Positions 57,298-64,000 of a stretch of DNA of 64,000 nt are shown here, piece after piece. The stretch is from a virus. The stretch is taken from the IMG/VR virus record IMGVR_UViG_3300034200_001099, positions 26,096 to 90,095 of that record, one strand, 5' to 3'. Both the position numbers and the translations under genes were made by a program. The notes beneath the pieces are model-generated. The model ran no database searches. It worked only from the letters and a program-made list of their open reading frames with translations, and was not told the DNA's origin. Numbering within the stretch: the first letter of the stretch is position 1; each line of letters begins with the position of its first letter.

Positions 57298-57543
57298 ATG
57301 AAAATAATTAAGATATTACTAATATCGTTTTTGGTTTTTTCCTGTGTGGAAAAAAAATACAAATATGAAATTAAAGGAAAGGTTTATGTCCCAACCTCAG
57401 GGACTAACCCAATGCATGATGCCATTTGGTATACAGACACAATAAGTTTTGACGGAGATGTCGCATATTATTTTAACAGTGATGGATCAGAAGTTAGAAT
57501 ATATCCACCATTTATTTTAATTGATCACAGCTTAAAAAAATAA
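57298..57543 (+). CDS. lipoprotein
   Basis: MKIIKILLISFLVFSC. Confidence 0.6.
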   Translation: MKIIKILLISFLVFSCVEKKYKYEIKGKVYVPTSGTNPMHDAIWYTDTISFDGDVAYYFNSDGSEVRIYPPFILIDHSLKK

Positions 57544-57682
57544 ACAATTACTGATATTGGGGTTAAAGATAAAAAAACTTTATGTTTAAGAGTATCTTAC
57601 TATAGTTATAATAAACCAAATAAACTTTTTTTCCGACTTTTAGAGGAAAGATTATCTCAGTATTGGGATTAAAAAAAACATT

Positions 57683-57859
57683 ATGGATAAGAAAATATTA
57701 CACGGAAAATTAATGAATGATCATAGGGCGATAATAAATGAAATTTCAGATATAAAAGCCGAAAATTTTGAACTAAATGAAGATCAAAAAAAACAAGTTG
57801 CAAAACTTGAAAATCAGTTAAAGTTTATTGCCGAAAAATTATATCGTCTTTATATGTAA
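57683..57859 (+). CDS. small hypothetical protein (58 aa, not in ORF track)
   Basis: MDKKILHGKLMNDHRAIINEISDIK... Confidence 0.55.
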   Translation: MDKKILHGKLMNDHRAIINEISDIKAENFELNEDQKKQVAKLENQLKFIAEKLYRLYM

Positions 57860-57863
57860 AATT

Positions 57864-58115
57864 ATGGTCGGACATTTAATAAAACATAATGATGATTGGA
57901 TGGTAAAATACGACGATAATGGTATTTTAAAGTTATATCCTTTTTGTCCTGAAACCCAAAAATGGTCACAAAAACCTGAAGTTAAAAAATTCATAAAAGA
58001 AGATATTGAAGTTTTATTTGATTTTATTATAACGGGTGAGTATTGTAAAACCAAAGAACAAATGGTTAAGAATTATTTTGTAAAAATAAAAAAAATAGAA
58101 CACGAAACTTTATAA
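57864..58115 (+). CDS. hypothetical protein
   Basis: Likely start MVGHL. Confidence 0.6.
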   Translation: MVGHLIKHNDDWMVKYDDNGILKLYPFCPETQKWSQKPEVKKFIKEDIEVLFDFIITGEYCKTKEQMVKNYFVKIKKIEHETL

Positions 58116-58158
58116 AATAAAGTTCTGAATATTAACATATCTTAAATAAAAAAATTAA

Positions 58159-58464
58159 ATGGGGTTTGATAAAAAAATATTAGATTTAAGTAGAACAATC
58201 TACCAAAAATCTGTTATGGTACACGGATCAAAAGAAAATCCAAAAGAACACATTGAAAATATTAGAGGAATGATTAGAGAGTTTATCAGGACAGAAGTTG
58301 TTCCTTACGAATTAACCAATCAAGAAAAAATGTCTTTTATTTTAAAAAATGAATTAATAATAACAAGAGCAATTATTAATGGTCACAAATCTATTGACCA
58401 AGACGAATATCAAAAAACTAGAGATAAAATCAAAAAATATAGAATAGAATTGAATTTAATTTAA
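58159..58464 (+). CDS. hypothetical protein
   Basis: ORF. Confidence 0.65.
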   Translation: MGFDKKILDLSRTIYQKSVMVHGSKENPKEHIENIRGMIREFIRTEVVPYELTNQEKMSFILKNELIITRAIINGHKSIDQDEYQKTRDKIKKYRIELNLI

Positions 58465-58486
58465 ATTATTTTATTATATTTGTATT

Positions 58487-59179
58487 ATGAAATTAACTAT
58501 CCTATCAGATACTCACGGAAAACACAAACACGTGCACCACGATTTACATGGTGGCGATTTGTTAATTCACGCCGGAGACATAAGTTCTATGGGTTACGAA
58601 CACGAGATTACTCAGTTTGCGGGTTGGTATGATAAAATTGCAACTTACGATCATAAAGTATTCATTGCGGGTAACCACGATTGGGGATTCCAAAACAACG
58701 TTGAGAAAGTAAAAGGTATCTTAACGGGATATAAAACTATTGAGTATATCCAAGATGAGTTAATGACCATCCAAGATGGTGATGGACCTGAAATTAAAAT
58801 TTGGGGTTCTCCTTGGCAACCTGAGTTCTACAATTGGGCATTTAACTTACCAAAAAATGGTGAAGAGTTAAAAGCAAAATGGGATATGATTCCTGAAGGA
58901 ATTGATATCTTGATTACTCACGGACCGGCTTGGGGAATATTGGATGATGTTGAAGGTAACCGCAATGTTCACTTGGGTTGTGAATTACTTGCAGAGAAAA
59001 TCAAACAAATCAAACCTAAAATCCATATCTGTGGTCACATCCATAGCGGACACGGACATTACTATGATGGACACACACATTACTTCAATGCGTCTGCGTT
59101 AAACGAGCAATATCTTTATTCCCACAAACCTTGGAATATTGATTGGAATCCAATAACCAATGAAATAGACTTTTTATAG
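58487..59179 (+). CDS. metallophosphoesterase (MPPED/239FB-like)
   Basis: SDTHG, IHAGD, AGNHD, WGSPWQP, ITHGP, CGHIH. Confidence 0.88.
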   Translation: MKLTILSDTHGKHKHVHHDLHGGDLLIHAGDISSMGYEHEITQFAGWYDKIATYDHKVFIAGNHDWGFQNNVEKVKGILTGYKTIEYIQDELMTIQDGDGPEIKIWGSPWQPEFYNWAFNLPKNGEELKAKWDMIPEGIDILITHGPAWGILDDVEGNRNVHLGCELLAEKIKQIKPKIHICGHIHSGHGHYYDGHTHYFNASALNEQYLYSHKPWNIDWNPITNEIDFL

Positions 59180-59210
59180 ATGTTTTAGTAGGTTAATGCC
59201 TATGACTGAG

Positions 59211-59239
59211 TTGACATTGCAATAAAAATTGATTATAAT
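59211..59239 (+). promoter_or_regulatory. consensus sigma70 promoter TTGACA-N17-TATAAT
   Basis: Perfect consensus, intergenic, upstream of ATG 59265. Confidence 0.7.
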
Positions 59240-59264
59240 AAAAATATAAAAACAAATTAAAAAT

Positions 59265-59507
59265 ATGAAAAAATTATTATTACCTGTGATCGTTATGTTA
59301 TTTATCATGACTTCATGTAAGACAAAATCTAATTGCGATGCTTATACCAAAAATTTAAATAACGGAATAGACTCTCTTGAAACCCAAATTAAAAGTAAAA
59401 AAGATTCTATTAATCTATTAAACAATTATATAGTTTTCTTAGAAAATGAAACACAGTTTTTGGGTAGTATTCTTGCAGAGAAAGAATTCGAGGACGGTAT
59501 TGAATAA
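59265..59507 (+). CDS. lipoprotein
   Basis: Lipobox MTSC. Confidence 0.65.
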   Translation: MKKLLLPVIVMLFIMTSCKTKSNCDAYTKNLNNGIDSLETQIKSKKDSINLLNNYIVFLENETQFLGSILAEKEFEDGIE

Positions 59508-59533
59508 CAAATAAATTACTAAAAACATAAAAC

Positions 59534-59785
59534 GTGAAAAAAAGAACACTCAACGAAATAAGACAAGAGAAAGAATTTGGTTACAAACCACCGGTAGATA
59601 AGAAAACAAAACCGGAACAAAATTTTGAGATTAAAATTACCATAACAGATGGAGAAAAAAAAATAAAATCAAAAATTAATGTTTCCGATTATAAAACATC
59701 AAAAGAATTACATAACGTTAGTTTGGTTGATGAAACTGTGGTTTCTTTGTTATCTCAATTTGAAAATAAAGAAATACAGAATTAA
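59534..59785 (+). CDS. hypothetical protein
   Basis: ORF. Confidence 0.55.
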   Translation: MKKRTLNEIRQEKEFGYKPPVDKKTKPEQNFEIKITITDGEKKIKSKINVSDYKTSKELHNVSLVDETVVSLLSQFENKEIQN

Positions 59786-59797
59786 ATTAAAAATATC

Positions 59798-60016
59798 ATG
59801 AGTGAAAAAATAACACCTTACATAGGGTCGGATGGTGATTTTTATATGGATGACGACGAAATTAAATTATGGGACAACACATTAATGGATGGCCTTAAAG
59901 AAATTAAAGTTGAGGAAGTAATTGACAAAATCAGAAATTATTACAATACCTGTTGTGATATTGATGGAAGACCACCATCTAAAGTAAAATTCAACGAGTT
60001 TCTTGATTTATTATAA
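59798..60016 (+). CDS. hypothetical protein
   Basis: ORF. Confidence 0.6.
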   Translation: MSEKITPYIGSDGDFYMDDDEIKLWDNTLMDGLKEIKVEEVIDKIRNYYNTCCDIDGRPPSKVKFNEFLDLL

Positions 60017-60037
60017 AAAAATTTATAACTTTGTTTT

Positions 60038-60283
60038 ATGGGAAAAATAACAATAGAATTTGATTCGATAGAAGAATCACAAGATGCTAGAGTAGCTCTT
60101 GATGGTTATAAATGGAAATTGGCAATGTGGGATCTTGATCAAAAGTTAAGAGCGACAACCAAACACGGAATTAAGTTTTATTCCAATGAAGAAGCATCAA
60201 GTGAGGAAATGGAAATCTGTGAAAAAATCAGAGAAGAAATAAGAGAGACTCTTGAAGGTTATAGTTTAAATTTAAACGATTAA
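60038..60283 (+). CDS. hypothetical protein
   Basis: ORF 4 nt after TAACTTTG. Confidence 0.7.
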   Translation: MGKITIEFDSIEESQDARVALDGYKWKLAMWDLDQKLRATTKHGIKFYSNEEASSEEMEICEKIREEIRETLEGYSLNLND

Positions 60284-60469
60284 AATGATATAATTTTTTA
60301 TTGCAAAAAGTATGAATTTTTCATATAAATCGCAAATTAAAACTAAGTAAAAACAAAAGACAAATGAAAAAGTTATTCAGATACCTAATATGGTTACAAC
60401 AAGAAAAAATAAATGCAATGGTATATTGCCAACGAGGATTTTAAAAATAAAACAAAATTTATAAAAAAT

Positions 60470-60919
60470 ATGAAAAAAGTAATAATTAGTATCGCGTTAA
60501 TGTTAAACTTAAATGTTAACGCACAATGGATGAACAAAAATATTAATAATGGGTTTGATGAACCTTATCGGATATGTTATACTGCTGAAAATAATGGATC
60601 AGTTTTAAAGTTAGAAAATGTGGATGGGACAATATTTTTTTATCTGTTGGGGGGATATACTTGTGATGAATACCCAACGGTAGACTTATCTTTTTTAGTT
60701 AATGGTTCTTATGTGAAATACTCTGAACCTATGGAAGTTTCTGAAGATAGAACAATTATATGGATAGTCGATAACTTAATGGAAAGCACTATACTTAACG
60801 ACTTTAAACTATGTAGTTTATTAAAAATTAGGGTAAATGATATAACTTGCTCATCTGAAGTTTTTACCTTCAACATGGCCGGAAGCACATCGGCACTTAA
60901 GTTTATAGGTGAGAAATAA
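60470..60919 (+). CDS. secreted hypothetical protein
   Basis: Signal peptide MKKVII...VNA-Q (Gln at +1, typical of Bacteroidota). Confidence 0.65.
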   Translation: MKKVIISIALMLNLNVNAQWMNKNINNGFDEPYRICYTAENNGSVLKLENVDGTIFFYLLGGYTCDEYPTVDLSFLVNGSYVKYSEPMEVSEDRTIIWIVDNLMESTILNDFKLCSLLKIRVNDITCSSEVFTFNMAGSTSALKFIGEK

Positions 60920-61965
60920 TGAATAATTTAGATAAACAATACACTGATTTATTACAGGACATTCTTGAAAATGGAGTTACAAAATCAGATCGTACTGGTA
61001 CTGGAACTCTTTCAGTGTTTGGAAGACAGATTAGACATAAAATGAGTGAGGGGTTTCCATTACTTACAACTAAGAAAATGCCGTTCAAAACAATAACAAC
61101 AGAATTACTATGGTTCCTTCGTGGTGATTCAGATATTAGGTTTTTATGGGAAAATAATTGTAAAATATGGGACGGTGATTGGGAAAAAAATTACAAAACT
61201 ACTTGTTCAGAACCATATACAATAGAAGAGGTTAAACAGAAAGTAAAAGATGGTAATCATTCTTTTCACGATTCAATGTTTGATATGGGTCCTGTGTATG
61301 GTAAGCAATGGAGAAGTTGGGGTGAAAGAAAACACGACTCAATTAGTAATGAATACTTCATTGGTATAGACCAAATCCAAAATCTAATCAACGACCTTAA
61401 AACAAATCCTGACTCAAGACGATTGATGGTGAATGCTTGGAATGTGGGTGAATTAGACCAAATGGTTCTTCCACCTTGCCATTATGGATTTCAAGTTTAT
61501 ACAAAAGAGTTAAGTTTAGAAGAAAGAAGATCATTAGTCAGTCAAGAAATGTTTAATCGACTCTATAATGGTGGAGGACCTGATACTTTATCTCATTCTG
61601 AAATCAATCAATTTAATGTCCCAACCAGATCAATCTCTTTAATGTGGAACCAAAGATCGTGTGATATTTTTTTGGGAATCCCATTCAATATCGCTTCATA
61701 TGGACTGTTATTAGAAATATTGGCAAAAGAAGTAAATATGGTTCCTGACGAATTGATTGGAAACTTGGGTGATACTCACCTTTACCTTAACCACATTGAA
61801 CAAGCAAAAGAACAGATTGGTAGAGAACCGTTTCCATTACCAACCTTAAATCAGTTCCCAACTTATGAAGGGTCAAGACCATCAATAGAATCTTATGTGA
61901 TAGGTGATTTCACATTAAAAGGTTATCAGTCACACGAAAAAATTAAAGCACCATTATCAAATTAA
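60919..61965 (+). CDS. thyA: thymidylate synthase
   Basis: DRTGTGT, ELLWFLRG, GPVYGKQWR, DSRR, LPPCH, QRSCD..LGIPFN, DTHLYLNH. Confidence 0.95.
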   Translation: MNNLDKQYTDLLQDILENGVTKSDRTGTGTLSVFGRQIRHKMSEGFPLLTTKKMPFKTITTELLWFLRGDSDIRFLWENNCKIWDGDWEKNYKTTCSEPYTIEEVKQKVKDGNHSFHDSMFDMGPVYGKQWRSWGERKHDSISNEYFIGIDQIQNLINDLKTNPDSRRLMVNAWNVGELDQMVLPPCHYGFQVYTKELSLEERRSLVSQEMFNRLYNGGGPDTLSHSEINQFNVPTRSISLMWNQRSCDIFLGIPFNIASYGLLLEILAKEVNMVPDELIGNLGDTHLYLNHIEQAKEQIGREPFPLPTLNQFPTYEGSRPSIESYVIGDFTLKGYQSHEKIKAPLSN

Positions 61966-61976
61966 AAATAAAAAAA

Positions 61977-62294
61977 ATGAAAGAACAAGAAATTAAAAAA
62001 GAAACAACCCCAAAGAAAAAATATTATAAACCAAAAATAAAAAGAGAAATTTTAGAAATTGACGTTCCTAAAATTGGAAATAAAATTGATAAGGTAGTTA
62101 ATTCAGAAAAACCATATTTGGAATACAAAAAACTAATAACAAATAAAAATGTTGGTAGTTATTTTATGGGCACTGGAAAAGGATTCCATATCTATTTGGA
62201 GAAAAAACCAAATTGGTTACACAGAAAATGTATGGAACTATTTTTAGGTTGGAAATGGATAGAAAATAATGAAATAAAATCACATAAATTATAA
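61977..62294 (+). CDS. hypothetical protein
   Basis: ORF. Confidence 0.6.
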   Translation: MKEQEIKKETTPKKKYYKPKIKREILEIDVPKIGNKIDKVVNSEKPYLEYKKLITNKNVGSYFMGTGKGFHIYLEKKPNWLHRKCMELFLGWKWIENNEIKSHKL

Positions 62295-62295
62295 A

Positions 62296-62520
62296 ATGAA
62301 AAAAACAATATTAATAGGTCTTATAGTGTTAATGACATCCTGCACTTCAAAATACAAATACTTAATTACAGATCATAAGGGTCAATATTACTTGTGTAAT
62401 TTTTATAATAAAACGGGTGATGATTGTATCTTATTTAATGATAAACCAGGGTATAATAATAATAATGTTGGAACACCAACAAGAGTTTGTGGTGATTACG
62501 AAATTAAAAATTTAAAGTAG
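62296..62520 (+). CDS. lipoprotein
   Basis: Lipobox MTSC. Confidence 0.65.
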   Translation: MKKTILIGLIVLMTSCTSKYKYLITDHKGQYYLCNFYNKTGDDCILFNDKPGYNNNNVGTPTRVCGDYEIKNLK

Positions 62521-62521
62521 T

Positions 62522-62755
62522 GTGAAAACCAAAATCCATGTGAACCAACATCGCATAAGGTCAAATAAAACTAAAAAAACAGATCTACCTGTGATTACAA
62601 TAAAACAAGGTAGAAAGAACACATATTGTAATGAGGTTGAAATACTTGGACCAAGTAGAATTATATATTGTGGGAGTGGAGATCAAAAACCATTACTCAG
62701 TTGTGGAGCAAGAGTTGTAATAGAAACAGAAAGTGAAATAAATATTATATCATAA
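62522..62755 (+). CDS. phage hypothetical protein
   Basis: IHVNQH...PLLSCGARV. Confidence 0.7.
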   Translation: MKTKIHVNQHRIRSNKTKKTDLPVITIKQGRKNTYCNEVEILGPSRIIYCGSGDQKPLLSCGARVVIETESEINIIS

Positions 62756-62781
62756 AAAAACCCCGAGTGATCGGGGTTTTC
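62755..62781. terminator. bidirectional terminator
   Basis: AAAAAACCCCGA-GTGA-TCGGGGTTTT between convergent genes. Confidence 0.85.
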
Positions 62782-62785
62782 TGTT

Positions 62786-63610
62786 TTACTTAAGTAAGTT
62801 GTAATACTCTTTAAAGTGTTTGATTCTATCAGGTAAACCAATAGTTCCGCCATTTACTCGTTTAGTTACTGCAGTTACCGTAGCATCATCCGCCCCTTTA
62901 TCACATATAGACCAAAGTTTATTTGAGTCAAAAAAGAACGCTGCCGAAGCCAAAGGATATTTGGTTGAAACTAAATCAGGATTTGAAATACAATCTTCAC
63001 CAATAAATTTTGTAAAGTTTGTATAGTTTGCCTTACCTGTTAATTGAATAAAACCTCTACCTCTAAATTTATAACCTTCTTTTGAAGCTTCGTCACCATT
63101 ACCCATTCTACCACCATAAACACGGGATGCAATCTTTTCAGGTTGTTTTGCGTATGACTCATTTAAGTTACCAGGGAAGTATTTTCCAAATATTTTCTTC
63201 AAACCATCCGCAGAATAATTTAAATTCTCAGAAACCGCCTTAAAACCTCCTGATTCGTGACCACATTGGGCTAAAAAATGAGCCAAACGTAGGTTATTTG
63301 TAATATTGAATTTTTTTGCAGTGTCAGGTATCTGTGCAATTACTGCATCAGGTATATGACCCTTTAATTTTTCAATATTTAATGATCCACCTGAAGGAAT
63401 AACAACATCTTCTTTGATGACTTGGGTAGCTCCGAACATTTTTGACCATGTTCCATCACCAACAATACCATCTGCGGTTAATCCATTAGCTGATTGCCAT
63501 TCTTTTACTACTTTTTCCGTACCAGGTCCAAATGCGCCGTCAGCGGTAAGTCCTAATTTTGTTTGGAGTTTTTTTACATCCTCTCCTTTAGATCCATTTT
63601 TTAATAACAT
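62786..63610 (-). CDS. endolysin: peptidoglycan-binding domain plus GH19
   Basis: ADGAFGPGT / ADGIVGDGT; FLAQCGHESG, RGRGFIQLTG, VNGG. Confidence 0.92.
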   Translation of the reverse strand: MLLKNGSKGEDVKKLQTKLGLTADGAFGPGTEKVVKEWQSANGLTADGIVGDGTWSKMFGATQVIKEDVVIPSGGSLNIEKLKGHIPDAVIAQIPDTAKKFNITNNLRLAHFLAQCGHESGGFKAVSENLNYSADGLKKIFGKYFPGNLNESYAKQPEKIASRVYGGRMGNGDEASKEGYKFRGRGFIQLTGKANYTNFTKFIGEDCISNPDLVSTKYPLASAAFFFDSNKLWSICDKGADDATVTAVTKRVNGGTIGLPDRIKHFKEYYNLLK

Positions 63611-63714
63611 AATATATAAGTTTATTATAAATATAATAGTAAATTAAAAGTAAATACTTTTATGAAAAAAATGTCATTTTAAATATTATCATATATTTAT
63701 TAATAAATAAAATT

Positions 63715-64000
63715 ATGAAATACACTAAAGAAAAGATTGAGTCTACCGTAAAGACTAAAGGTTATGTTTGGTTTGAAGACACAAACAATAAAGGATATGA
63801 TGTAAATATTGTTGGAATCAGAAACTCATCTGTTGGAGACAAAGTTACAAATGTTTTTGACGATTTATTAACCTTAAGTTATAAAGACGAAAAAGGTGTT
63901 TGGCAATATCACGAATGGTTGGCAACTACAGATCCAGGAACAAAGGGTGTTAAACAATTTGGTAATAAAGCTGGAGTTGCTAGACTTGTTGAAGGACAAT
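63715..64000 (+). CDS. hypothetical protein, 3'-truncated
   Basis: MKYTKEKIE...NIVGIRN...FDD...ATTDPG; open to window end; TATTTAT at 63694. Confidence 0.7.
   Translation, partial: MKYTKEKIESTVKTKGYVWFEDTNNKGYDVNIVGIRNSSVGDKVTNVFDDLLTLSYKDEKGVWQYHEWLATTDPGTKGVKQFGNKAGVARLVEGQ

Noticed and set aside
60919-61965. Intron or intein in thyA
   Set aside because: ORF is continuous; the extra segments are short in-frame loops without intein or homing-endonuclease motifs.
1491-63647. Numerous short antisense or nested ORFs in the track (e.g. 3097, 4816, 6124, 9750, 22161, 30522, 62820)
   Set aside because: Fully overlap well-supported genes; Phe/Ser/Ile-rich shadow translations.
1-64000. Alternative genetic code (stop-codon reassignment) as seen in some jumbo phages
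   Set aside because: Conserved genes are full length in code 11, and TAA, TGA and TAG all end genes at sensible places.
1-64000. Bacterial chromosome or eukaryotic giant virus origin
   Set aside because: Dense small hypotheticals, gp46/47-like pair, endolysin, sigma factor, intrinsic terminators and lipoproteins fit a bacteriophage, although no capsid or terminase gene is in this window.

Overview
Strongly AT-rich, gene-dense, mostly plus-strand segment that reads as part of a large (jumbo-type) tailed phage genome, most likely infecting Bacteroidota. The host inference rests on many TAnnTTTG promoters, a Bacteroidota-like RpoD, an Hc1-like peptide and a Flavobacteriia-type secreted protein. 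Recognisable genes: Cas4-like nuclease, SbcD/SbcC (gp47/gp46-like) pair, Hpy188I-like GIY-YIG endonuclease with a split adenine methyltransferase, sigma-70, amidase, DnaJ, Dam, DUF932, thioredoxin/glutaredoxin, glutamine synthetase II, a second MTase, NUDIX, several RNA-repair enzymes, AAA ATPase, PcfJ-like protein, ThyA and a GH19 endolysin. I saw no tRNA, rRNA, cas1/cas2 or reverse transcriptase. Most notable unexplained structure: (1) a CRISPR-like 30-nt repeat / 36-nt spacer array lying in frame inside a gene (47442-47804), with a second 30+37+30 element at the 3' end of a probable paralog (53564-53660); (2) about 15 otherwise unrelated proteins sharing N-terminal leaders ending in (I/L)xE, mostly behind a TATTTAT promoter-like motif, resembling a capsid-targeting cargo library; (3) two pseudoknot-led intergenic RNA candidates; (4) three promoter classes, with many apparently leaderless genes. 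All family assignments come from motif recognition by eye, not from database searches.
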